The notes below the pieces were generated by a model, which worked only from the letters and a program-made list of their open reading frames with translations, was not told the origin of the DNA and ran no database searches. A DNA stretch of 64,000 nt from Azolla caroliniana (Eukaryota; Plantae; Polypodiophyta). Shown piece after piece: positions 45,280 to 60,200 of this stretch (positions are counted from its first letter, which is position 1; each line of letters starts with the position of its first letter). Both the position numbers and the translations under genes were made by a program. The stretch is taken from contig JBHGNT010000006.1 of the NCBI GenBank assembly GCA_043228905.1, positions 806,001 to 870,000 of the forward strand, in the 5' to 3' direction.

Positions 45280-48200
45280 TTATAATTTGGGACCAGCGTT
45301 AAGTATCTCATTTGTGAGGCTATTATCTTCCCCAATCTTGTAATCAATGAAGTTTTGGAAGTTCTTGATGAAGAGGCCTGCTAGTTTCTCCAGTGCTTCT
45401 TTATATGCTTTCTTATCCTCCCACTACATACGATGTAAAAAAGAGATTAACCAACCCAGAAAACCCATTATAAACAAAGGAAACCCCCAGCTTATTGAAA
45501 GGTACGATGCATTTGAATGTTTTCTTAATGCAAGTGAAAACTAATGTCAGTATGTCTCACCATGTTCTCAGGGTGAAGTATTTCGGGTGGAACTCCATCT
45601 GCCTTATCAGGAATTCTCAAGCCAAATATTGGCGTCTCACTATAGTTAGCTGAAAGCAGTGAGCCATCATGGATAGAATCGATAATCTTGCGAGTGTACG
45701 CAAGTTTCATCCTTTTACCAACTCCATAGCTACAGAGAGAATCATCAGAAAATCTCACATAAATAAGCTACAACATTTTGACATATAAAGATATTTTTCA
45801 TGTTTCTTCCAGAATCTATATTGATTCTCAACATCAAAAAGTGTATATGATGTCTCGGAAATAAAATTCAGATATAATATATTCTATACACTAGTTAAAA
45901 GTGTATGAATGTAAATCTGTATGCAAAGAAACATACATATTGTATGTATGATGTATCTATGTATATCTGTGTCTATGTATGAATATTTGTATGTGTCGAT
46001 ACATTATGTATGCATATATATAAATATACATGAATATGAACATACCTTCCACCTGACCATCCTGTATTCACCAGCCATGCAGTTGTTCCATGTTTTTTCA
46101 TCTTGTCAGCAAGCATGGCAGCATACTTTGTTGGATGAAGCATTATAAAGGCAGCCCCAAAGCATGCAGAGAAGGTAGCTTGAGGTTCTTTTATACCGTC
46201 TTCTGTTCCAGCAATCTGGGGGAAGAATTTAAAGATAGTTTATATGAGAACCAAGAGTTTAAATGTCAAAGACACTGGCTAAAATTAAATAGTGGACATA
46301 ATTCTGGAGTAGGGGAAGAATTTAAATATAGTTTATATGAGAACCAAGAGTTTAAATGTCAAGACACTGGCCAAAATTAGATAGTGGACATAATTCTAGA
46401 GTGCATCATGAGAATTTCGAATTGAAATGTCATCGACACTAGCAAAAATAAAATTATGAACATTTATCATGGAGTGCATTTTACCAGAGCTGTATATCCA
46501 CTTATGAAGTGATACATGGTTTGCGGCAATGTCAACTTGCTAACAGGTGGAAGCACACCAAATGCATCACATGCAAGCAATATTACATTCTTTGGATGTG
46601 GCCCAACACAAGGAATCGTTGCATTTGGAATGTATTCAATCGGATAAGACGCCCTCGTATTCTCTGCAAAATGAAAAATTCTGACTTGTATCTTCCAAAT
46701 AATTACAGTTGTTAAATAATTCTGCACAAATTGTTAGAATTTGTTTTCACCTGTGACCGATCGGTCAAAATAGTCAACTTCCCGTGTATGCTCATCAAAT
46801 ACGACATTCTCTAGCACTGTCAAATAGCAAGCCGCAATATAGTAACAGTTACCATTGCAAGAAACGTCATCTTGTTTGAATAGATTATAAAAACATGCCT
46901 TGTCCAAACAACCTACTCAAATATATAATTACCTACCAGTGCCAAACTTAATTGCATTCCAGATATCAGGTTCCTTTTCTTTGGACAAATCAATGCATTT
47001 TGCATAACATCCACCCTCAATATTAGCCACGCCATTGTCACTCCAACAGTGTTCATCATCTCCAATCAAAAGACGGTTATGATCTGTTGACAATGTAGTC
47101 TTACCCGTACCTTGAACAAAATCATTTACGCATATTATTATGTATAAACAGGATGTACATAAGAATACATAACTTGTCATGTGAACAATTTAGGCTAAAG
47201 AAAAAGGGGGTAGTCAAGTTTCCTAAAAAATGATCACAATAAAATATACACAATTCACACAGGCATATCATGAGGCAAGGAGAGATAGTTAAGGTTTTCT
47301 TATTGCTTTAACAATACACATTAACCAAACCTGATAATCCAAAAAATAAGGCAACATCCCCTTGTTTCCCCATATTGCATCCTGAATGTAGAGAAAGGAT
47401 GCCTCTCTTGGGCATCAAGTAATGCATTACACTGAAAAGACCCTTCTTCATCTCCCCTGCATACTGTGTTCCGAGGATGATCATCTCTTTCCTCTTGAGG
47501 TTCAGGTCTATGCTAGTTGACGATGTCATGTAGTGTGTATACCTATTACATGGGAAATTTCCAGCATTGTAGATGGTGAAATCAGGTGTGCCAAAATCCT
47601 CCAGTTCCTCAGGTGTAGGCCGGATACACCTGTGCCAGGCAAACAGGAACTTCTTTTGTTAGGAAGTGTAGCATGCTAATTAGTAAAGCCTACTGATATT
47701 GTAAAATCTCTCGATTTTTTCATCATAAAATCTTCTCATTTTCATTCCGCACGAGGCTAGACACTAATGGAAAGCCAAAGGAGAAAGCATCAATATTCTC
47801 TCTTAATTACAGCTTTACGGAAATCAAATGAATAGCATCTATTTTTTGAAGTAGATCAATGTTTTAGTAAATTTGCATTCCAATGAAAAACCAAACCCAA
47901 AAGACAAGCATAATGGAAAGAACTTTCATTATTAGTGACTCGAAAACCATCAGACTTACATGTTGTACATGAAGAGTGAATGGTATGCTCGGGCAGAGAT
48001 AACCCTCACTTTGATACGATGCTCAGGATCCCAATTCAAAAACTGGTCATTCACGTACACCTATACCACAACATCTGTGCATTAGAAACAAATCATGAAT
48101 TAAACTAGAACACCATGACGAGGGAAGGCACAAACTTAATTACCTTATCCAAGGAGTTCAGGTAGTCAACAGCTCTCTCCCGATTGACGGTGAATGTATG

Positions 48201-49873
48201 TTCATCCATCTCAATGTTTGGGGAGCCCCTAAATACCAAATCATGATCATTTTATCAAAAGAAAAGAACACACTATGTCTGAATTACCAATCAAGTGAGG
48301 TAAATCTCTATTCACGAATTGATTACTACCAAATAAGGGTTTTTCACTTCACCCATAGATTAGGGTTTCTTTCTTTTACTTACTTGCCCCACCAAAGATC
48401 CTTTTCAGATGTATCTTCTCTAACTACACGCTTATCTCTCGGAGAACGTCCAGTTTTAGCACCAGAGAGTGTTGCAAGTGCTCCAGTAGAGGTGATGAAA
48501 GATCCTTTCTCATATTTGATGGCTTGCTCATAAAGCTCTAAAAGAGATGGGATTGAAGAAATAACACGTGAGAAACATAGATGAAAAAGGAGAAAGAATA
48601 TGAAGATAAATTAAATAATTAAACATTCTAGGAAAATGTTTTAATGACAAAATTTAGAGCTTCTCTGGTTCAAAACTTTACCCGCAGGTGACAAGTTGTA
48701 AAGAATATGGGTGAACTTGAGTGAGCTGTCACTAACACTCTTGCTGAATTCTGTTTTCGGCTCTGGGACTGGATGTGGAGGTGCTTTTGCAACATCAGCC
48801 TTCCTAGAAGGATCACCCCTTACCACCTTAGGTCCAGTTTCTCTTGTATATGATGCTAGGGATGTGCTGAACAAAAAACAGATGGGAATAGTTAGATCAC
48901 AATCCACGAAAATAAATACAGTGATGATATTGTGTCCAATTTTTTCTGGTTATGAAAAATAACATACATCAGCGTACTGCCAAGTTCTCTTCATTTTGAA
49001 GGAAGCATTTATTATAGATGTTATAATACACAGATTATGCTTTGAGATATTAGAATATTACAAGACTATAGAATTCTATCTATAAAGCCTTAAGTGAATC
49101 AAGAAAATTATTAATTGTACAGGACTAATATTAGCTGCACGGATAATATTTGATGCGTGCCCAACTAAACTTCAAACTTGCTTTAACTCCAGCTATATAT
49201 CACGTGTTTGACAAATATACCAATCTCCTAAAATTGATTTATGACTAAACTAGAATACAATACGTTCATTAATTCTATGAATAAGCCAACCTTATCAATT
49301 CAACAGCTATTGTGAACAGCACTTGATTCGGATTCAGAGAACACATACTAACCTTCAATTCTATCAGCAAAGTAACTAACCTTGTCAAATTAATGCATAA
49401 ACAAACTAGCAATGATTTACAGAAGATAAGTTACGTGCAATTTATGCATATGTCAATAAGCGTCATAGCTGAGGAACATGGTAACTGTCCTATATAGGGT
49501 TAGCTTGACAAATTATCTTTAACCATATATCATAAACCATATCGGTCAAGTTATATGACAACCCTCTAATTTAACACAAACGCTCTGGAGATGGTACAGG
49601 GGCTTACCTGATAGATTTCAGCTGCTGAATTTGCTTTTCCTCTTCAGACATCTGCAAGGCGCCTGGCTTAATGGGACCCTTTGGGGTGCTGGGGGCCGAT
49701 TTCTTTTTCTGTAGGGAATGAAGTTCATCGAGGGTCTGTGCCTTCACAGTGGAACCACTATAGTCTGAACATACACTCTTTCGATCTTCACCTATCTCCT
49801 TCTCATTATCCACATGTGTCTTCACTTTGGGTACTCCATTAGGTGACAGGGAATAATCCATGGCTCCGTTCAT
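45280..49873 (-). CDS. PCK: Phosphoenolpyruvate carboxykinase (ATP), 12 coding exons, ~663 aa
   Basis: Exons 49873-49608, 48866-48682, 48537-48384, 48228-48144, 48060-47960, 47629-47331, 47110-46937, 46816-46751, 46663-46485, 46215-46046, 45729-45561, 45423-45280 (1992 nt, GT-AG); [40 protein letters not shown]. Confidence 0.97.
46218..46402. repeat. ~93-bp tandem duplication at the 3' end of PEPCK intron 9
   Basis: GGGGAAGAATTTAAA...GTGGACATAATTCT.GAGT occurs twice. Confidence 0.88.
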
Positions 49874-49907
49874 CCTTCAAACAGTCACTTTTTATGTTTT
49901 TTTTCAA

Positions 49908-50745
49908 CTGAAATTGATCCCACTTAAAATATCGGTAGATGCTTTACATTAATTCTTCGTACTTCCATGCAAGGACGAATACACAGTTCTACATTTGCGC
50001 TTCAAATTTACGATGATGAAATTTTCCATTGCCAAATTTCTATGACATACAAAACGCAAACAGAGGTTTCCATTGCTTCTTAAAGTGCAAAATATGTCAC
50101 AGATAGCTTTCATATTCTTTTCAAATTTACATGCAGGCACACAAAGAAAAAGAGAATACATACAATTAACAGACTCGGTGTTCTTTCCAATTTCCATCTT
50201 AAAAATTGCCATGCAAACATAAAATACGACAGAAAGAGCCCTGGGCACAATTTCCTCCACGTTATACACGCATACATATACATATATGAGGAGACAAACA
50301 GTGGGTTTGGATCTTGTAAACGAGAGCATAACAATCTTTTTTTTTCCATTGGATTTTGTTCAAAGTGATAAACCAAGGTCCACACAGACATTTAGAAAAA
50401 CATATACTTTAATCCAGAAAGAAAAATGTTACGCAGTGATGGAAAGAAGCACAGAGATAGCTAGACAATCAGTCATACTCGAACAAATGCAAAAGTTCAG
50501 AGAAAGAGATTGATTATAAGGCCACCCATAAGCATAGGTGATGAAGAAGAGGGATTCTAGAGTTCATTTGTCTGGAGGGTGAAGGGTTGTTACCTGTCTG
50601 TATGTTGTAAGAGGGATCGAACAGGGCAAAGGGAATGGAGATGTTTCTAGAAATGAGGATCGATATACATATATATACAGCCCAAGGTTCTACAGAGGAA
50701 GGAAGGAAAGATGGCGCACCCTCCCCTGTTTTTATATATATGTAT
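49908..50745 (-). promoter_or_regulatory. Putative PEPCK 5'-UTR intron (50593-49908), leader exon and TATA region (~50730-50740)
   Basis: CAG|GTAAC donor at 50593, TTTCAG acceptor at 49908, TATATATAAAA upstream; no transcript evidence. Confidence 0.45.
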
Positions 50746-51479
50746 AATGTATTATGTATATGTATATGGAAGGAGGAAAACGCCAAAAAAACAGGGGAAG
50801 GAATTTGGCAACATACACTCTTTCCTCCCGAACGGCAAGGCGCCAATAATTCTCCCAAAAACCTTCTTCTTCTTCTTCTTCTTTGCAGCACAGGGGAGGG
50901 TAGTGACTGACTGCAGAAAGAAAGGGCAGGGGGGCCTGCCTGCCTGCCTGCCTGCCTGGTGGACCCTCTCCCTCTTGTTCAAAAAAACCCGGCCCCTTCG
51001 GCCTATACCCCCGTCCATCCGACACATGCCATGGGCGATAGGCCGTCCCGCACATGACATGCCCACACAGAGTTTGAAAATGTATGTATTGGATTGCCTA
51101 GACTTCTTCCAACACGAGAAGATGTCCCCCCGGACATGGAAGACAGACATGGGAATGTAACTCCGAAACCACCGCCCAAATTTGTCATGTCATCCCTATA
51201 TTTGGACCATCGTTGTTAAAGGATAGCCATTTTCCCAGCTTGTGAAGAAAAGATTCCGCACGCTTGCCTCATTGAATCCGATCACAACATACCCTAAACT
51301 AGAGATACATCAAATTTACTATATCATCACTTGCTTATCATGTTTCTATGGGTGGCCATTGATGGGAACCAAACTCGTTGGTTTACGTCAAATTATATAC
51401 ACGTTTTGTGTTACAAATTTCAATGCATGTTTGTACGTTGGTGTATTATCATCATTTACACAAGTGTAGATTGTATATA

Positions 51480-54400
51480 ATTCTCGTTCAATTCTACATT
51501 CATCCAAGGGGGTATTTGTTGCCATATAGAATAGACCCCAAGGTACATCATTGCTTATGCAAATTTTTATGCCAAATGTTGTGGGTCATACCCACTCCTT
51601 GTTTTTCTTGGAGAACTAGCTTCTCATTCGTTTGGATCATCTCTAGAATATTATATATATTTTTATATATATGACTCTTTCCAAATAAAGTAGTTAAGTT
51701 GTTGGTGGCCTCAAGGGTTACCTAGGCATTCTAACTATAACCTTCTTAATAAGGTTCTCTCTTATCTTTAGGGTAGTAGCATGTATGCACAACTTCATAG
51801 CTCCATCTTGGGTGTTCTTCTTCACCTTTACAACTTGTCATCTTACACATCTCAAGTGTCATTATTACATTGATATTGTAGCTAGGTGCACACGTGAGCA
51901 CATCTAAAGCCAACTTTTCCTTTTCCCGACTTCATTACTTGCCATGGTATTTGCAATTCCACTTTTCGTATGGTGTATTCTTCATCTATTTATGCTTTAT
52001 CGATTGTTTCTTTTTTCAAGACCCATTATGTTGGTACACAAAACAAAGCAAGAAAAAAAACGCTTCAAAATTTTAAGGTACTCTTGACACGTAGTTGTAA
52101 CGACAAGTTAGGTGTCCATATCATCTTCAAATTGAATTTCTTGATGGCAATAATAGAATATTTTCCCAAAAGGGTATTCATGATATTTGCATAGGCAATA
52201 TGGATAGTCTTGCCCTAGAAAAATGTTATACAATATTTGAGCAATTGTCATGAAGCATTGCCATGAGAAGAAACATCCGTCACCTAAACATCTCTCCTTG
52301 AAATCCCTTCATTTAAGTCTCTTATATAGCAATGGAGTTATGCTAATATTATGTAACTTATATTACACGCCACAATGCACAAAGAACTATAGAATTTCAG
52401 GATTTCTCATAGGTCCATCATATGTACCTTGAGCACATGAGACATCAATGAGAGAATCTTGTTGTGTGATGAATGAGATTATTTTGGGTTCATGAAATCC
52501 AAGTTGTTTTGGATTCATGAAAGAAGTGCAATATCAAATTGTTGATCACATACATTCAACCACTCTTTGGGTTTACTTACATGGAAGACATGGTGAGTTG
52601 TTGAGTTGTTGGAAAGACTAAACAGTTATTGGAGAAATCCTAGGGGTATGACATCATACTACAACTTGTTGTGGCATGTTTCAAACTACATGAAGGTAGT
52701 TAAAGCATTGTCAAATACTCTTTTGAATTCGTAACTTCTCATTTACAAGTTTAGTGGAGCTATAACTATATGTTGGAATCTATGGATGCATTCTAACATC
52801 ATACTAACAACGTGATGTGATATTTGTTGACCTACCTACTATAAGATGGTTAAAGTATTGTCAGAAACCCTTCCCAAATTGCAACTTCTCATTTACAAGT
52901 TAACTGCAACTAGAACTATATACATATTTTCATTGATACCCATGCATTAAGTCACACTTCTTTATGTTATATGGGTTAATAGTCTATGGATAGGGACAAC
53001 ACCATAGTACAACTTGAGGTAGAATGCTTGAACCATTGTAAGTTAGTTTGACCATTTTCAAAACATTTCATGTCTTCTATTGCAACCATAAACTTATATC
53101 ATGCATCTATGTGGAGTCAAAAAATTAATGGATGTATAAAAGGAAATGCTTTGCAAGTATTGTCTTATCCGCTCCTTACATATTGCTTGAAGGGTAACTA
53201 ACCAAATGTAGTTAATGTCTTTATTTCTAACCACTTGGCTCAAATGTGAAGTATATTAATTATTTTGTTTGGTAGACCATCAAGTGATACAAAACTTGGT
53301 TGGGCAACTAATCGTTAAAGCTCTAGAGTTGGTAACTACGTTCCACACATGATTTATATATTAATGATAGTATCTATTCAAGAAATGAACAAAGTCAAAT
53401 ATGAATGTTTTCCCTTTCAAATTTAGGAGTAACTAAAATAACTTTATTCTCATTAATCATGGTCTCGTAAAGCTATTATTCCACACATAATCTTTGATGT
53501 TCTTCCTTTTACCATTTGCAAATAGATGTATTTACGAAATATTTAGGTGGATGTCACATCACGGTGACTTGGAGTAGAAGAATGAGGCACTAAAAATCTC
53601 CATCAAATCAACACACAAATGTTTCCTTTACATGAAACATATCTCTCATAATGTATCCACGATATCTTCCATTATTCTACTCTCTTTAGATCCTAGATAA
53701 AATTCTACAAAATTTCCTAAATATTTTGCAAACCTTCAATAAATCATTGTATCATGATTTTTAGACAAATAAAACTAAATTCTTGTGGGATATAGCATGT
53801 ATGGCTTATCTTATGACAACGCCAATAGTACCATGCATTCCTTTGCAACGCCAACAATCCAAAATCAAATTCATGTACAAATGATGCTCAACAATAGTTC
53901 TTCTCTAAGCTCTTGAGTTGACTATTTATTATCTCATAGTTTGTGACACAATTACAATTTCTATGTCAAGCACTATGTGAAGTTAGGCATAAGTATGTAG
54001 ATACATTATTATATTTAAATGGAACATAAAAAACGTGACTTTGTGAAAATCACCAAATGAGAGGTAATAGGTTATAATCATTTGTAGCATGTAGGGAAGA
54101 AATGATTTTTTGTCGAACATAAATTTATTGTACATGTTTAGCCACAAAATAGTAACAATTCGTATATAAAGGAGTAGGGTTGGCCTCATTTAGTTTGAGT
54201 GAAAAAGTGATTAAGAGAGTCGGGAAGAGAAAAACTTTGTTAACTATAATTACAAGTTGATCTAGGAAAATTTATGTGCTAAATGTGTTACAAGTGCAAG
54301 AAGAGGGTTACTAGTAAGCCGAGAGGGTAGGCAAAAGAGAAAGTTATGAACAAAACGAGAGATTTACCTTGAGGTGAGAGTTAAAAGGGAAAAGGGAGCC

Positions 54401-55850
54401 TAAAGTCAAAAAGGCATGAAACAAAGCTAAACCTTAAAACCACCATACCAAATATGTATCTTAGTTCAAAATCTTCATTGCACTTTCACACGCATACGTA
54501 CGTTTTTAGGACGCCATAGTTTTTCAACATATGAAATGATATTTTTGGAAAAAATTTGGACACCTTAATTGTAGTTTACGTAGATAGCCATTTTGTTATA
54601 TTTGAAAACACAAGAGGAGACTCATGCCCGTGACCATCAAATGCTATGATGGTTGCATAAACATGACAATTATACCAAAATAGAGAAGAGAAAATTTGAT
54701 GCAACCAAATGAATTTTGTATGGTTTAAAGACTTAAGCCATAGTGTATTTCTGTTTTGAATCCAAAATAGTGTGTAGTAAATTTCTCTATTTTAAGAGAG
54801 TGGCAATTGCTACACTGGCCGATGAATGGGGCCCAAAATTCAAACCATAGGCCATTGTTTGTTTCACACTTGACTACTTTATTAGAAGTGGTCAAGTGAT
54901 GAAACACTCAAAAGTGATCTCCTTATGAATTGGTTCACACCGATGAACCCTTAAGGTTAGAGAACTAAGGTTCATTATATCATATGGTTACCCTCGTAAC
55001 AAAGTCTATCTTAGATTAATTTCTTGTGGACCTTAAATAGATATACTAGCATTCAAATGCCTATGTGGTTTATGGGATGAATTCAAGGGGGATAATTTGC
55101 CTATCTTTAATTGTTATTGGGAACCAAATGACCCAAGAGACCTCCAAATTTTATAAACTACTTTCCCTATAACTAACAAGGGAAGATTAAGTTCCTAACT
55201 GAAATGAAACGAGCAAGTGCTGCATATGTTCTAGATCGAACTTAAGATGAGCAAAGGAATAATATGATTAATATATTAAGGGTGTTTAACCACATCGACC
55301 ACCCTTGAGTGAAGGACATGGGTCGATATTACAAAGAACAACCACATCACCTAGGATTTTGGGTATAGTTTTTATACTCTTACTAGAGTGGTGGTGGAGA
55401 TTTAGCTCATTCATGAAACATTCAATAACGTAAATGTTGGGTTGTAGAAAAAACCAGAGTTGTGAGGGTCAACTAAACAAAGTGGCAAAAGAGAATGCAC
55501 GAATGGGGGGTCCATAGCATGAATATGGGGCCAAAGCACGAACTGACCTGCAATCCACGAACGAGCTTTCATACCATGAAATGGTCCGGATATCACGAAG
55601 GGAAACCAAATCCAAAACACTCTACGGGATTCCACAAAAGGAGCCCCTTCAAACATTCGCACCCTTCTAAAGAATGAAAGGATTCTCATTATATGAAGAG
55701 GGTCCCAATGCACTAAAGCTTTTTGCGAAGGTAACACATACAAAGACACCAAGAAGGGTCTAGTGAGGAAGAGGGTTTCCAAAACCAAAGGAAGGCAACC
55801 TGCCAAGGGGAATGCATGACGTAGACAAGAGACAACATTGGAGACAACTC
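51480..55850 (-). mobile_element. Decayed L1 LINE (ORF1, endonuclease and RT remnants)
   Basis: DUF4283-like GPF..W.P ORF1 remnants at ~55400-55800; GDF at ~53595; DY..CLC and MYLG RT remnants at 52200-51530, in the expected order. Confidence 0.5.
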
Positions 55851-57257
55851 CTAGTTGGCATCACATCTTCCCTCGTTCAAGTCCCCCGCATTCCCACTTG
55901 AGTAGCATACGAATGCACGTTTACTCAACTACCTACAATTCACCTCTTCCTTGATTTGCCAATCACTCATTTCTACTTTCTTGTGTGTGATGTCATGCAT
56001 TTACTCTCTTAGACATGAATGTCTAAATGTAGGTATGAGCCTCAACTTTCTATTACTTGAAACATTCCTAATATTGGAGATATTCTTGATAAGCATTCCA
56101 ACTTTTATTTATATATTGTGGTCAACTACGAGAGCAAGCTATCTAGCATGCATGAGTAAATTGTGATTTAATTCCCTTCACCTTGCCCTTGATGTGGAGA
56201 ATCAAGACCTCTTTCATACTATATTGTCCATCCATTTCCAAAATTTCAAGAATCCAACCCAAAGAAAGAAGCTTACTATTGTGCTTCTTCTAAGGTTGAG
56301 ACTCTTTTTTTTTGTTGCCCTAGGCAGTGTTGCTAAATATTCTTGAGTTTCCTACTTTCTCCTTTCCCCCAAGAGCATATTCATGCCAAATGAATGGATG
56401 TTTGGATCCTCAATAAGGTTGTGCTTGATATAGCCAAGCAAATGCATTTAATGCAATACTAAGTTCATAAACCATTAATATAGATGCTTTTCAAGTGAAG
56501 AAATAAGCACAGCTCATGGCAAACAACATAACTGCATTCCATTCTCTCATCCTTGTAGCTAAAACGAAATATGCACTGGCAGCCTCGCAAAAACCATCAT
56601 AATATAAAAGCTGTCAAAACATTTTTTCCAGTTTGGATATCTCTAGCCATTAGATATCCGCATAAATTTAAACCTTAAAACACTGGTTTGTATCGACATT
56701 ATATTTTTTTATACACCACTTCAATTGAAAGTCAAGAAAAAAAATAGTTTGTTTCCATAAACCAAGAATCTCACTCCTGGGGGACGGGAAAGACAGCTGC
56801 ATAACAATAGCAAGAAAAAATGTGCCACAGGCAAAATTATATAGACTTCAGAGTTCTATGCTAACAAAGAACAAATTTCAGAACCAAGCTTCTTTCATTC
56901 ATTACACACTAGCAAAAATGAAAGAATGAAACTAATTGCTGGCTCTCCTGTATGTACACTCGAAAACCCATATAACCAACCAATATACGTTTTTTTCATC
57001 GCCAAGAAAATAAATAGATCTTTATTTCTCCAAACTCTCTTTGTCAATGGTTAGAATGGGTGGTTCCCATTCTTCCATTTATCCCCAACTTCTTCAAACT
57101 GCAGTAATTGAAGCTTTCTGAAGGTTTGATGGGAAAGGTGTTCCAGCTCATTCCATCCATTAGAATAACTGCAAAGTATGAGGTCAAAACATATATTATT
57201 TCATTGAAAACAGTGACTTTTATCAACAGCAGAGACAAGATTGCTATCTCGTACGAT

Positions 57258-60200
57258 TTAATCTTTATTTACCTTATAGGTTCCTCCATCGGCAGTTGGG
57301 CGGCGACCACTCTCAATATATGGAGAAGAAAAAAGTTTGGATTTAGGGCCACTCACGGTCTCCTTCCTCCATGACGAGGTAGGAGGAGAGTGAGATCGTA
57401 CAATTTTTCGATCTTGATCCAGAGAGCTTTCAGTAACTCCAAGAGGGAAGACTTGCTCCTCTTTAGATATCATTATCTTCTCTTTACTGTCTAACAAAGA
57501 TTCCTTCAGTTCATCAGGAAATGGTTTAATTGATATCATGTTGTCTTGCCCCGATGAATGTATACCATTCATCATATGAGACCTATTATCAGACACCCCT
57601 TTCAACTCAGCATCTTTCCTCCCGTTTTCAGATGGTCTTTGAGCAATCCTTTCTTCTAGTTCTATTAACTTTAACCTTGCGGCTTCTTTCCTTCTTTCTT
57701 CCTCTTGAAATACTTGTATTTTTGTGTCAATTCTTGGACTTTGTTCATCATCAAGTTTCTTGCAGACATCTATTGGTACTACTCTCTGAGATGCTTCTCT
57801 TTTGTGAAAGGACCTCTCATTATTAGTAGAATACGATCCATGAGGCTCATCCATTGATACCTTAGATTTAGCTTGTCTCCCCTTGTCCTCAAACTTCACC
57901 TGTTGATCTTGTTCCAAAATTTTGTGTGTTTTTTCAATACGAGGAGAATATTCTCTGATAGAATCATGAGAGACGCCTCTGGTTCTCAAACCCTCTGATG
58001 GGTCTGAATAAGGACTGCTTCGTGAACCTTCAGATTCTACACCCACACTCCATCGGCTTATAGAACTCGAACCTAAATTTCCATCCTTGGAACGGACATA
58101 TTCTCCTGAACCATAAGAATTATATCTTTTGATATACGGGACATCATGCCCTTGTCCAGGACTATATGGCCTTGGATTATGAAAGTTTCCACCTCTATTA
58201 TAATGTGAATCAGTGCGACATCCATCTTTGATAGGGGCATTACTATGTAGCTCTACCCGATCATTTCTAGTATTTTGATCATATACATCCACAACATTCC
58301 TGTTGTGAATTTCCCTGATGTCCCTTGTATTATATAGCTCCATATCTCTTCTATCTTTTCTGTGCATACCAGCATTATATTCCTCTACATCTCTGACATC
58401 TTTTCTGTGCGTGTTAGCAGTATTTCTCTCCACATCTCTTCTATCTTTTCTGAAAACGCCCGCTGAATCCTTATCCTGGGTATATCTGATTCCCCAGTCA
58501 TTGACTTCTCTTCGATCATCGTTGTGGACTCCATTGCTGAAGGTTTTTTTTCCATAAAATCCCAAACCAGTTTGGGCCACAGCTGGCATTAGACCAAAAG
58601 ACCTCCGTTCTGATGATTCTTCTTTGTTGGACCCATCGTGCTCAACATATGTACCTTCCCTTCCAAATCCAACATCCCTTGAGAATGAAGACTTCTTGTT
58701 AAGATAGCTTTCCTTCCCAAAAGGCCCACTTCTATGTTCAGGTCCCTCGTTCCTTGGACCTTCCCTTCCAAATCCATCATCCCGAAAGTCCTTGTTAAGA
58801 TTGGTTCCCTTCCCAAAAGACCCACTTCTATGTTCAGGCCACTCACTTGGAGGACCTTCCCTTCTGTATCCAACATCTCTCGAGAATGAGGAATCCTTGA
58901 TAACCTTGCCGAAAGATCCAATTCTATGTTCAGGCCCTTCGCTCAATGGAGCATCCCTTGAATCCTTGTCAAGATAGCTTCTCTTCCCAAAAGACTCACT
59001 TCGATGTTCCAGTCGTTCACTCGGAGGGCTTTTCCTTCTGAATTCAGCATCCCTTGGGAACAGGGATTCCTTGACATCCTTCCCAAAAGACCCACTTCTA
59101 TGTTCATCCCCCTCAGTTGGTGAACTTTTCCTTCTGAATCCAACATCCCTTGAGAACGAGGAATCTTTGATGTCCTTCCCCAAATACCCGCTTTTATGTT
59201 CAGGCCCCTCACTTGGTGGACTTTTCCTTCTGAAATCAACATCCTTTGAGAATGAGGAATCTTTGATATCCTTCCCGAAAGACCCACTTCGATGTTCAGC
59301 CCCTTCACTTGTTGGACTTTTCCTTCTGAATCCAACATCCCTTGAGAATGAGGATTCCTTGACATCCTTACAAAAAGACCCACTTCTATGTTCAGGTTCC
59401 TCAATTGGAGGACCTTCCCTTTGGTATCCAACATCCCTCAACAACAGGGAATCCTTAACATCCTTCTGTGGACATTCCCTTCTGATTCCAGCATCCCTCA
59501 ACATTGAGGATTCCTTTATATCCTTTCCAAAAGATCCAGTTCTATATTCAGGTTCTTCACTCTGTGGACTATCTGCTCTAAATCCACCATTCCACGATAA
59601 TGATGACCCGTTGCTTAGATAACTTTTCCCAAAAGACCCACTAAGTTCAGACCCCTTACTCGAAGGCATAGACCTATGATCATCCGCAAGGTTGAAATGT
59701 TCAGAATTTCCCTTCAGCACACTATCAAGCGATGATAGAGAAGCAGGGATTTTCCTCTCAGTTCTATAATCCTGAGTTACAGACACACGAGTTCTATATT
59801 GAGGCCTAAAATTATGAACCACCTCTTTTGATTCATCCGAATGATCATTGATGGGTAACGCTTCGGCTTTCTCATCAGCATGGCAGACAACTTGATTACT
59901 CATTTGATGGCCAGAGGAACTCTTGTGTTGATCAAGCTCTTGATTGGAATCCTTTTCTTGTGGATTAGCAAGTTCTTGACTACCGGAAAGTCGCAAAGTC
60001 TGGGAAGGTGATGAAAATGATGAGGGGGATGGAAACAAGGCAGACGGCATCAGAGGCTGCACATGTTTCGCTTCTTTACCATCCTGATCTTTATTCTGAT
60101 TCTTTTTCTGATTCTTATCAATGTGAGATTTTGTATTTGGAGCGGGTGGCGTAGGTGGGCGAGAAGCTCGAAGTGCAGGAAACTCTTCCTCGTGTATGAC

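Noticed and set aside
50286-51188. Cluster of overlapping 75-150-aa ORFs
   Set aside because: PEPCK promoter/leader with simple repeats; no coding signature.
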